Source of the DNA: Squalus acanthias
Taxonomy: Eukaryota
Assembly: GCA_030390025.1 (NCBI GenBank)
Contig: CM059439.1
Coordinates: forward strand, 45,446,001-45,510,000
DNA: 64,000 nucleotides
Direction of reading: 5' to 3'
Numbering within the stretch: the first letter of the stretch is position 1; the number at the start of each line of letters is the position of its first letter. The notes under the pieces were generated by a model. That model made no database searches. It was not told the DNA's origin and worked only from the letters and a program-made list of their open reading frames with translations. The translations under genes were made by a program, and so were the position numbers. Positions 53,731 through 64,000 of this stretch are shown piece after piece.

Positions 53731-53993
53731 TTTTACAACAATAGGGGGTGCTTATGCCAGGGGATAACAGAAGGACTGCTGATTTACAGTGATTGAATGT
53801 CAAATTCCAGTTTTATTAAATGGCATTCTAGGATTTTTGTTGGTGCTTTATGTATTGGATTCCACGACCATCCCTTACACTGTGGAAACTGCAAATGAAT
53901 AGCCTTTATTTAATATATAATTACTTCACCTATGTATTTGACTTTTATCCCTTACCAGTTTTAAGATGAGAACAACCAACAAGATGATATTCA

Positions 53994-54240
53994 GAAATAA
54001 AAACGGAAAATGCTGGAAATACTCAGCAGGTCAGGCAGCATCTGTGGAGAGAAAAACAGAGTTAACGTTTCAGGTCAATGACCTTTCTTCGAATAGTGTC
54101 ATGGGATCTTTTACGAATGGTCATCGACCTGAAACATTAACTCTGTTTCTCTCTCCACAGATGCTGCCTGACCTGCTGAGTATTTCCAGCATTTTCTATT
54201 TTTATTTCAGATTGCCAGCATCCGCAGTATTTTGCTTTTG
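53994..54240. mobile_element. Fold-back pair of Penelope-like terminal repeats with a SINE-derived spacer
   Basis: 90-bp inverted arms at 53994-54083 and 54119-54208 (5 mismatches) around a 35-bp spacer; same family as 11080-11205. Confidence 0.75.
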
Positions 54241-54512
54241 TATAAGATGATACTCAGATTGTACCAATTGGAGTTAGATATCTGGTATTTAACCGATCTA
54301 GGTAGGCTGCACCTGGGGTGTTTCTGCACTTGGGCAGCACTGGGGATGGTTGTGGTCTCCATTAGTGTTAGAGAATGGTCCTGAATTTGGTGGCATTGGT
54401 AGATGGTCCTCAGCTTTGACAGAACTGAGGAGCGCAGCCTAGAGTTTCGTAGTGCTGTGATGGGGCTTAGATGTTTTGCAGCATGGTGAAGATCCTTTAG
54501 TCTGGCTTTTGG

Positions 54513-54969
54513 AAGAAAGAAAGACTTGCACTTGTATGGCATCTTTCACAACCTCAGGATGTCCCAAAGCAATTTACAGCCCTAATTCAGTACTTTTGAA
54601 CTGTAGTCATTGTTGTAATGTAGGAAACACGGTCGCCAATTTGCACACAGCAAGGTCCCACAAACAGCAACATGATAATAACCAGATGATCTGTTTTTAA
54701 TTATGTTAGTTGAGGGATAAATATTGGCCATGACACTGGGGGAACTCTTCTGCTCTTTTTCGAATAGTGTCATGGGATCTTTTATGTCCATCTGAGAGGG
54801 CAGCCGTTTAACATCTCATCCAAAAGATGGCACCTCCAACAGTGCAGATTCCCTCAGTAATCCCCTGGAGTGTCAGCCTAGATTTCTGTGCTCAAGTCTC
54901 TAGAGTGGGACTTGAACCCACAACCTTCTGACTCAGGCAAAAGTGCTACCACTGAGCTACAGCTGACAC
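54513..54969 (-). mobile_element. Full-length Deu-domain tRNA-SINE
   Basis: Reverse complement of 13441-13901, including gggacttgaaccc (B box) and accactgagctac (A box). Confidence 0.92.
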
Positions 54970-56078
54970 CTAAAAGGCTGAGAACTTCAAGTAAAACCTT
55001 TATGAAGGTATTAAAAGACACAAAAGACAATTTAATGCATAAATTTAATCATATTATTGTGAAATATGTAATTTTTTAACCTTACTTTAGACCTGAGAAA
55101 TTTCAGTTACTGAGAAAAAATAGCAGATGGAAGTTCGTCAAAAAGCATTTTGAGTGATTTGATTGGTTCATCAACAATCCTCGACAGTGAAATATATATA
55201 TGTCCGCTTTCTGAAAATTCACTGCTGATCACCTACTAAAGTAGATCTCCCAGAGTCCTGACCAGTTGTTCACTGGCCATTCTAGTAGCAACTTTACAGG
55301 CAATGGCTAACCAGAGTGCAAGTAAACACATGGAGTGCTCCAGTTTCCTATGGCCAGCATAAGTCGGGCATGAGAGCACAGTTTTCAATCTTTAATGAAA
55401 ACTGCATATAGTGTTAGTACTTATAGGCCAGAGGGCTTTTATTGCTAAATACACCTGTGTGACTCAAAGTTGGAGTGTGGTCAGATTTTCTCACTTTTAT
55501 GCAAGGAATCTCCAGCAGCAAACATTCAGAATGTAGGTTCCTGGGGGAGTACAGAGCAGACAGTTGGATTATGGTGGTGATTAGACCGAATCTGACAATA
55601 TTTCTAAAGTGAAAGCCCTGCACAGTGTGTTTTTCTGAATTTCCTGTTACCAAATTGGTGCCTTGACTATATTATGAGCATTGACAGATCACTGGATTTA
55701 TGATTTCAGCAAATTCTTAAAATGCAAAACACAACAATTTTAACTAATTTCATTTAATGAGTAGTATTAGAGAGTTCATCACTCTCTTTAGCTGGTTAAA
55801 AAATCCATTTGAATACAGTAGAAATTTGTGCAGCAAAATAATGGTTAATACTCCCCAATGAGGCAACCTTACAAGATCCTCTAAACTGGGATATAAAGTA
55901 TTGCATTTATGGAACTAGCTCATTCCCAAATCCAGATGTGGCAGAGTCACAGAGCTGCTGTGAGTTTTTTAACTCCTTAATTTGATCCAAACACAAATAA
56001 AAACCCTCAGATTCAAACCTACCAAATGTGCTACAAAAATTAAGTTTGTGATTCCAGATTCGATTCCATATGATAGGT

Positions 56079-56119
56079 TGTTAAGAGGAGAAACAGTGTT
56101 AAGAGGAGAAACAGTGTTA
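56079..56119. repeat. 18-bp tandem duplication
   Basis: tgttaagaggagaaacag repeated 2.3 times. Confidence 0.9.
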
Positions 56120-56499
56120 GAGGGCTAGTGATTCGGTCAAAAGTATGGAATACCAACAGTGAAAGAAGCATCATCACGTTGGACCATTATATGCCACTTG
56201 TTTTTGTTGTAAGAATGAATGCAGGTAACGGGCTTCAAAACTGTGTCAAAATGACATTCATCGTTTCAACCCCAACAGTACAGAATAATCTTGGACTGTT
56301 CAAGACAAGCCTTTGTAACTCTTCAATGCTCTGAATTCTTTCTCTGCTGCAATGCAAATTTTCAGGAACCCTGCTAACCAGGCTGTCCCTGACTCCAATT
56401 CAGTCATACTTTCACCACAAACCACAAATGGTCAGTGATGTCGCTACGCTGGTTTGACCGAAGAAGCCCAGTGCCAAGTGCATTGGGACTAAACTACCA

Positions 56500-58090
56500 G
56501 AATCAGGGTGAATTATGTGAAAGAGGATCAGCAAGGAACATTCTGTGCCCATCAAGCAAGGCAGAATTAATGCTGAAAGATTCTACCACCAACCACAACT
56601 GACAGTTCAGAGACTGAACAGAAGTTATGTAAAACTGCAATAAACAAATGACCTGGTGAAGTTTTATTCTTCTGAAGTTTGGAGAAGACAACAAAAATTG
56701 GAAGAGGACAGTGAGGGAGAACAAATGCATGATTCTGCAGCCTAGACAGGAGGAGACATCGTTTCAAGTAAATACTTGGCTCCTGACCTTGTCACAACCT
56801 AGACATGGATGCAAGAGTTGAATGCCAAACGTGAGGTGAGAATAGCTGCCCTCAACATCAAGGCAGCATTCAATTGAATACAGCACCTGCAGAAGACAGC
56901 ACACAATTCCAGGGAACACCAGGCCACTGGAGGAGGACATGCCGACATCTGGCATTTAGAAGCACAGAAGAGAAAGCAATGGCAATAACTGGCTTCAACT
57001 CTGGCATTGGAAGTTGGGGATGGTGGACTTCTCTGCGCCTCAGAGAACGTATACCCTTTCTTATTCAATATTTCTATGTATTCTTCAATCTCTTCACCAG
57101 CTACCACTCTTCACATAAGAGTAGCTGATTAAGATAAGTATGCTGTTCAAGCACACCAAAGTTAACGGTACAGTACTCCAGAGGCTGCAAGCTAGGATAC
57201 AGTGGAGAAACCCTGGCTACACTGGCGATCACGCAACCACCCTGTCACCTTTTCCCTTGCACTCAGTAGCTCAATGACACCCATTCAACAAGGTACAGAT
57301 AGTGTACACGAAAAATTGACCCATGGTAAGACACAGAGTACAAGGAAATCAGAGGATGCAGATATGGAAGTGGAGCCTGATGTAGCTGAGCAGACACATA
57401 AAACGTGTCAGTTTCCTGTCTACTGAGCAAACAGATGATGATCTGAAGGACCTTGTCATGAACAGAAGGATGCTAAAAGAGTAGCAGACATATATGAAGG
57501 TTCTGCACTTCCTCTCCTAAGATGTGTGACAAATGGCTGTGATAGCAGTGGAATCCATTGTCCTGCTGTGCACCAACATCCGAGAGGTTCAACTCAGTGC
57601 AGGGTAGCCTCATAAAAGTGGCAGCTGCAGAAGCAACTGAAAACCTTCCCCCCGCTTCATGAGATCCAGGCAAGTCAGTCAACTCAATGTGGAAGCATTG
57701 AATGAAGGACTGCAGATCTTGAGGTACTGTCTAGACAGGTCAATGTTAACTGCATTGCAAAGTATACAGAGCAGCATCTCAGAGGTACGAGAGGATATTC
57801 AGGTGACTCTCCCTCAGGGATTTAAGGATCCTTCTGATTCTATAAAGTCTGTTCTCCCACTGATCGCTGGTAACCAGAATTTTATCCCAGCACTAGTGGA
57901 GTAGCTGGTGTGTGTGCCTCAGAGGCAGCTTCCCCTCACGGCAGCAGCACAGAGGAGCACTCCACGAGCTCCCTGCAAAAGCCTTCATCCGTGTAGGCCT
58001 TGGAAACCATGACAAAGGGTCAGCCTGACCCATGTCCATTGAAAGGCCTGGGGCTCTGAGAGTATGGCCACCTCCAACCCAAGAGTCTCA
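56500..58090 (+). pseudogene. Decayed PIF/Harbinger-type Myb/SANT-like DNA-binding gene
   Basis: After cag at 56890-56892 the frame reads KTAHNSREHQATGGGHADIWHL, then frameshifts to STEEKAMAITG (AHN-x-RE-xx-TGGG...EE-x-A motif). Upstream remnants ERGSARNILCP and RSYVKLQ*TNDLVK. Many stops; the 3' limit is uncertain. Confidence 0.6.
56778..56880 (+). mobile_element. Short internal fragment of the family-B LINE
   Basis: ctcctgaccttgtcaca...gaggtgagaatagctgccctcaacatcaaggcagcatt matches the reverse complement of 32835-32935. Confidence 0.75.
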
Positions 58091-59534
58091 CAATACTTAC
58101 CTGCAGTAATCTCCATCCACAGTAATTAAACCAGAGGAGACTTCAACAAGGTGAATAGGAAGCTTTGGAATAAATCTGAATTAAGTCTATTTTCATTCAG
58201 AAACAGCTTCAAAGCAAATCCTAGTTGAAATATTCCAGTTTTTATAATCTCTAGTCGTCGATGGGGGAACCTTTTAAAATATTGAACAGTTAGAAAGAAT
58301 AATAACATTATATCAATTACAATGTGCCTGAACATGTCGTATTTCAGAAATTTTAAAGAATTGTTTAAAATGGATAGTGCCATCATCAGGGTCACTGACT
58401 GTCCAGCAGTAATCGTTGTGCCTGGCAGTGTGTGGGAGCTGAATTAACATCAGATGATCATTATTTACACAGGGTTCTGAATATTTGTTTCAACTGTGTG
58501 CAAATGAATCCAGTTCTCTCACACCAGAGGATTTAATAATTCCTTCAAGACAAATCCCCGATGATGTAATCAGCACTGTACATGTGAACACTTTTTTCCC
58601 CCCAAAATCAATGTTTAGGAAAAAAAACACAAAAGGTTAAAAGGTAATTCTTGGTTATTCTTTAACTTTCTAATCTCAAAACAGATTTGTTAATGGTCAG
58701 ACTTCATCCTTAATATTACTTAAAAAATAACTAACCTGCTTATTTACAATATACCACACTCTTTTGTACACCCATTCAAAAAAATAGACGGCTTCATGTA
58801 CTAGCTCATGAAAACTGTAGCCAACCACACAAATTGCAACTAACTTCTTTAATGGTCAGCATACATTTGCAGTTGTCAACAGGAAAAATGCAGCAGGAAT
58901 CAAACTAAATTATCCCAGAAAGTTTTTTGATTGAAGAGAATACCTAACTATTTCCCCAATGAGTTTTAAATGTATCCTGATACAAGCGCTCAATAATTAA
59001 TAATAAACAGCATTACTTTAAAGTGCAGCTGTTCACACAGATTATTAACTTAATTGCCATTTCATTGTTTTGTGTGTAAGGAAAGTGAGGGGATGCAGCT
59101 ATACCAAGACAGTTAAAGTAAAACTATAATTTAGAATGCGTGAACTGGCACATATGTACCAGAATTAGTTAAGACCAGACAGAAAATCACGCAAGTGCCT
59201 AAATTAGTCATGAAGTAGATACAATAAACAGTACAACAATAAAGAGTACACCACAAAAAAAAAGTAAAAATCTCAAAAGTCCTGGATAAATGTGGAGGCC
59301 ACACAGGCAGAGTGTTTACTGTATACAGGAGACTTTTGGGCCAGGCAAACCACTTCATAAGACACGTGATCACTCATGAAACTATAGAAAAAGATCAATT
59401 AAAAGATCAGCCTGTGTCTGGCAATGATTGTGATTTTGTTGGCGAAGGTGGAAATCTGTGCAAGTACATCAGCTTAAAGGGCCAACCATTATCGCAGTAG
59501 TTTTGGCTACACTAAAGACTCTAAAAATGTCTGT

Positions 59535-59772
59535 ATGTCTGGTGCAGGGCAAAGGAAATCCTTCTTTACAGTTTCTGCTAAGAAAGTGCTGCTGCAGGAG
59601 GTTAGAGTGAGGACCAAGGCTTTCTTTGGAAGAGACAGAGGCAGTGTCCTAAAAAGGCCCTCTCAGGCTGGAGGCAAGGAGACGGCCTGGGTAGCCAAGT
59701 GCCAGCTACAAAATCCCATCCATGACCACTCTATGCTGGAAACATTTTAATGGCTTTACTAGGTCAGGAAAG
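59535..59772 (+). pseudogene. Decayed first exon of a second Harbinger-type Myb/SANT-like gene
   Basis: MSGAGQRKSFFTVSAKKVLLQEVRVRTKAFFGRD..., then frameshifts to TLCWKHFNGFTRSGK ending AAG|gtacc (59773); fits the F-x5-LL-x-EV...C-xK-x-FND-L-x-R pattern. Confidence 0.65.
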
Positions 59773-60502
59773 GTACCAAGTACACCTGGAATTTATAATT
59801 ACCTCCCTATGTAAGAATGTATTTTGCAGATTACAATGATTGGGTGGCAACAACCAATTATAATTGCCATGTGACTTCATTTAAAGCCACAATGTTGTCT
59901 ATTTTCTAAATAATCAGAAAACATGATGCTCCATGTCTGGGCAGGATGTTTTAGTTAACAGTAAAGAAAGAAGCAGCTGGATTGATTCTGCCATGATTTT
60001 ATAATAAACATCAGTAAAACAATATCCATTGTAAAATCGGATGCCTTGATCCATCTGCTAACTTTACTCTTATTAAAGCCTGGTGCCAGGTTACTATATG
60101 CAATGGACAAACCTGGGCAGACAAAAGTGAAAAAGGCGTTGGAAGCTTTAAGACCAAGATCAATGACAACAGTTTGATTTTTCTTCCATTTGATTTTGAC
60201 TATCTGTTGAGCTGTTTACATTTTTTATAACTGTTATAATTTTTTATTTTGACTTTGTCTTTGTACCCTTTTCAACAGAGTTGTTACCTGGTAAAAGTAT
60301 CCTTACCAGATCTGTAAGCAGGTTTGCACAAATATTTGACAATAATGCAGTTATATCAGTTACTACATCTATCCCAACAAATCTGTGAACGTTTTTCTCA
60401 CCAGTTTCTCCCCTTTTCTCCTGATGGTGTTGCCTCCTTATTGGGCTGCAGTTCCATGAGCGCCACTTGCCTCTGCTGCCTTACCCAAGTGGCCATTATT
60501 CA

Positions 60503-61786
60503 TCTGATAATCTACATCCTAGGGTACTTAAGGAAGTGGCCCTAGAAATAATAGATGCATTGCTGGCCATCTTTCAAAATTCTATAGACTCTGGAACAGT
60601 TCCCATGGATTGGAGGGTAGCCAATGTAACCCCACTATTTAAAAAAGGTGGTAGAGAGAAAACGGGGAATTATAGACCGGTAAGCCTGACATCGGTAGTG
60701 GGGAAAATGCTAGAGTCCATTGTAAAAGATGTAATAGCAGAGCACTTGGAAAACAGTGACAGGATCGGACAAAGTCAACATGGATTTACAAAAGGTAAAT
60801 CATGCCTGACTAATCTACTGGAATTTTTTGAGGATGTAACTGGTAGAATAGATAAGGGAGAACCAATGGATGTGGTGTATTTGGACTTTCAGAAGGCTCT
60901 CGATAAGGTCCCGCATAAGAGATTAGCGTGCAAAGTTAAAGCACATGGGATTGGGGGTAAGGTACTGATTTGGATAGAGAACTGGTTAGCAGACAGGAAG
61001 CAAAGAGTTGGAATAAACGGGTCTTTTTCCGAGTGGCAGGCAGTGACTAGTGGGGTACCGCAGGGATCGGTGCTCGGACCCCAGCTATTCACAATATATA
61101 TTAATGATCTAGACAAGGGAACTAGATGTAATATCTCCAAGTTTGCAGACGACACAAAGCTGGGTGGGCGTGCATGCAGTGAGGAGGATGCAGAGAAACT
61201 CCAGTATGATTTGGACAGGTTGGGTGATTGGGCAGATGCATGGCAGATGCAGTATAATGTGGATAAATGCGAGGTTATCCACTTTGGTGGCAAAAACAGG
61301 AAGACAGATTATTATCTGAACGGCAATAGATTGGGAAAAGGGGAAGTGCAACGAGATCTGGGAGTCCTTGTGCACCAGTCGCTGAAGGTAAGCATGCAGG
61401 TGCAGCAGGCGGTTAAGAAGGCAAATGGTATGTTGGCCTTCATAGCGAGAGGATTCGAGTACAGGAGCAAGGATGTCTTGCTGCAGTTGTACAGGGCCTT
61501 GGTGAGACCACACCTTGAGTACTGTGTGCAGTTTTGGTCGCCTTATCTGAGGAAGGATGTTCTTGCCATAGAGGGAGTGCAGCGAAGATTTACCAGACTG
61601 ATACCTGGGATGGCAGGAATGACGTATGAAGAGAGATTGGGTCGATTAGGCTTATATTCGCTAGAGTTTAGAAGAATGAGAGGGGATCTCATTGAAACTT
61701 ATAAAATTCTAACAGGACTAGACAGACTAGATGCAGGAAGGATGTTCCCGATGGTGGGGAGTCCAGAACCAGAGGTCACAGTCTAA
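60503..61786 (+). CDS. CR1 ORF2 reverse-transcriptase fragment (no endonuclease domain; frameshift near 61755)
   Basis: ORF track 60467-61786 contains NYRPVSLTS, QHGF, YLDFQKALDKVPH, GVPQGSVLGP, KFADDTKL and RPHLEYC; it drifts out of frame after MFPMVG. Confidence 0.8.
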   Translation, partial: SDNLHPRVLKEVALEIIDALLAIFQNSIDSGTVPMDWRVANVTPLFKKGGREKTGNYRPVSLTSVVGKMLESIVKDVIAEHLENSDRIGQSQHGFTKGKSCLTNLLEFFEDVTGRIDKGEPMDVVYLDFQKALDKVPHKRLACKVKAHGIGGKVLIWIENWLADRKQRVGINGSFSEWQAVTSGVPQGSVLGPQLFTIYINDLDKGTRCNISKFADDTKLGGRACSEEDAEKLQYDLDRLGDWADAWQMQYNVDKCEVIHFGGKNRKTDYYLNGNRLGKGEVQRDLGVLVHQSLKVSMQVQQAVKKANGMLAFIARGFEYRSKDVLLQLYRALVRPHLEYCVQFWSPYLRKDVLAIEGVQRRFTRLIPGMAGMTYEERLGRLGLYSLEFRRMRGDLIETYKILTGLDRLDAGRMFPMVGSPEPEVTV

Positions 61787-61960
61787 AGATAAGGGGTAAG
61801 CCATTTAGGACAGAGATGAGGAGGAATTTCTTCACCCAGAGAGTGGTGAACCTGTGGAATTCTCTTCCACAGAAGGCAGTTGAGGCCAATTCATTAAATA
61901 TATTCAAGAAGGAGATAGATATATTTCTTAAGGCTAAAGGGATCAAGGGATATGGGGAGA

Positions 61961-62130
61961 GGTGTCCAAAGATGTGCGGGTTAGGTTGATTTGGCTATGA
62001 TAAATTGACCCTTAGTGTTAGGGGGATTAAATACGTGGGGTTATGGGGATAGGGTGGGATATGTGTCGGTGCAGGCTCGATGGGCCGAAATGGCCTCTAT
62101 CTGCACTGTGGGGATTCTGTGATTCTGTGA
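61961..62130 (+). mobile_element. 5'-truncated HE1/V-SINE-like element nested in the CR1 3' region
   Basis: tccaaagatgtgcgggttagg...taaattgacccttagtgt...gatgggccgaaatggcct...(gattctgt)2; CR1 resumes at gaaagcagg with a gaga overlap. Confidence 0.8.
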
Positions 62131-62244
62131 GAAAGCAGGGACAGGGTACTGAATTTGGATGATCAGCCAAGATCTCATTAAATGGCGGAGCAGGCTCGAG
62201 GGGCCGAATGTCCTACTCCTGCTCCTATCTTGTATGCTTCTATG

Positions 62245-62468
62245 TGTGAGCTTTGCCAATGAGTGACCATGGGCAACATCACAGCTGAGCCGATCTTGTC
62301 CTCGCTCAGTGCTCACTCACATAATTCCAGTAGAGGTTGCTAGACTGTGATCAGAAGTGAGAGCCCTAGCTGATTCCCCCCCCCCACTCCCCCAAATTCA
62401 GGGAGCACTTTAGTCAATTGTAGTGCGCCTAATGCCACCCCACCTGAGATCAGTCAACTCAGCACAGG
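62245..62468 (-). mobile_element. LF-SINE-like element
   Basis: catcacagctgagccgatcttgtcctc...caattgtagtgc...ctgagatcagtcaactcagcacag is the reverse of the recalled LF-SINE body. Confidence 0.65.
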
Positions 62469-63727
62469 ATCACTACAAATTTAATATGGTGAGCAACATG
62501 GCAGGCTTTGAGTAGAGTTTTTGGAGTGGGCTCTTTCAGGAACCTAACTACCTAAAATCTCCACAACACAGTGACCTGAATCCTTCAGTAAGAGGCTTCA
62601 ATACATCTGCAGGAATCTAAATGTGAACATTTGGATTTTTGACCAGTTCAGATGCCTTCTCCACTCTAAACTACCTTAAATACAGCTTTAAGCTATTTGC
62701 CATTGTACTTACGGTGAAAAGAGATACACGAGTCATCTAATTTCATATTAATCAAGTTGGAAACATCCAAATACATTCAAATTTAATTTCACCAGCATTT
62801 GGATATAAACCCTAATTCTGTGGTTAGCTCTAATCTTAATCTAATAATCGCTTATTGAAAATAAATGTATTAATCGCAAGTTACATCTTGGCATTAAATT
62901 GTGGATTAATTAGTAAGTGAAAAGATAAATTCCTGATTAAAAATTTAACTGAAACTGCCCTTTTATTTGCTTTCTCTTAATGTGAATTGTCTGCACTAAT
63001 GAATGCCTTGAAATTAATCACACCAATCATGTAATGCAATGAAGCATCTGATATCATTTTAATAGCAATACCATTCCAATATGTAATACATGTCTTTTAA
63101 CAAATCATTCTACAGGGTCACAGAACAACTTACTCATTTTTCATAGTACTTGAAATATAATTAAGAGCACATTTGAACTATTTCTAAGTGCTACACACAG
63201 TATGATAAAGGTAAATGGATATAAATAAAGGAATTCATTTAAAGGTAAAGGTAAATGTGAAATGGGCTGACAAAATGATAGAAAGGTCTCTCAAATTACA
63301 CCTTATAATTGCTTGTATTTCCCACTGAATTCTTTACAATTTCACACCTCCACTTGTAGAACATTTAGCAAAGAGTCAAGAAGCCTCAGCTTTCCTTCAG
63401 TACTGCCAATTATATTCCCTTGCTACATTTCACAGTAAATTTCTATCTCAGGGCTCTCTAATTCAGTGTGGCGCATTGGTAATGACCTGAACGGTAGCTG
63501 TTTCACACATACATATTTAATTACAGCAGCTGAACAAATTATATATTTATGCTTTATAAAGAAGATTGTCATTCTAATTCATTTGCTATGCATGCAGGTA
63601 CAAGACTCCCATCTGTGACTGCATCTGCACAACAAGGGGGTTTGATGGGATAACACGCTGTCAGCAGAAACACTGAAACCTGTATTAAATGGTCATTCAC
63701 CAGACTGATAAAAAAAATTGGCACCTT

Positions 63728-63858
63728 AAAACATAGGAACAGGAGGAGGCCATTCAGCCCCTCGAGCCTGTTCCGCCATTCATTGAGGTCATGGCTGATC
63801 TGCGACCTAACTCCATATACCCGCCTTTGGCCCATATCCCTTAATACCTATGGTTATC
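63728..63858 (-). mobile_element. CR1 3' UTR fragment
   Basis: aacataggaacaggaggaggccattcagcccctcgagcctg...catatcccttaatacc; compare 29663-29800. Confidence 0.88.
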
Positions 63859-64000
63859 GCTTTTTAATCAGATCGCTTCTTAAGTGCCCCATTTGTCAGT
63901 TTATTATAGATAAGGCACAATTAGTGACTGGCTAGTATATACCCGCTGTAATGGTAACACCATACAGCGGCTGCAAACTTCCCCATTATCATTTGCAGAT

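Larger units (their letters stand above)
60503..62244 (+). mobile_element. 5'-truncated CR1 LINE with an uninterrupted RT domain
   Basis: Begins at DNLHPRVLKE; 3' UTR and tatg tail reach 62244; V-SINE inserted at 61961-62130. Confidence 0.98.

Noticed and set aside
1-64000. Remaining 60-130-aa ORFs as host genes
   Set aside because: They are antisense or alternate frames of repeats, or of a length expected by chance, with no recognisable domains.

Overview
Repeat-rich, essentially non-coding vertebrate DNA, most likely from a cartilaginous fish (shark). The inference rests on the mix of Deu-domain tRNA-SINEs (SacSINE1-like), an HE1/V-SINE fragment, LF-SINE-like copies, two CR1-group LINE families, L2 relics and many GC-rich MITEs with short TIRs; family names come from recognition, not from a database search. 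No host protein-coding gene is recognisable. All convincing ORFs are retroelement reverse-transcriptase pieces, the best being an uninterrupted CR1 RT frame of about 420 codons at 60.5-61.8 kb. Beyond the ORF track I found: (i) two decayed Myb/SANT genes of PIF/Harbinger type plus several 3-bp-TSD MITEs; (ii) a fold-back Penelope-like terminal repeat whose hammerhead-like cores are replaced by a microhomology-flanked piece of SINE; (iii) a MITE palindrome whose arms carry mirrored substitutions; (iv) a CpG-poor promoter-like cluster of five co-oriented YY1-type motifs; (v) a miR-15/497-like 21-mer; (vi) a binary-variant 22-bp minisatellite; (vii) weak non-coding exon candidates. I cannot support a claim of a wholly new biological system. 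The findings are leads of modest to moderate interest, and boundaries of old repeats are approximate.
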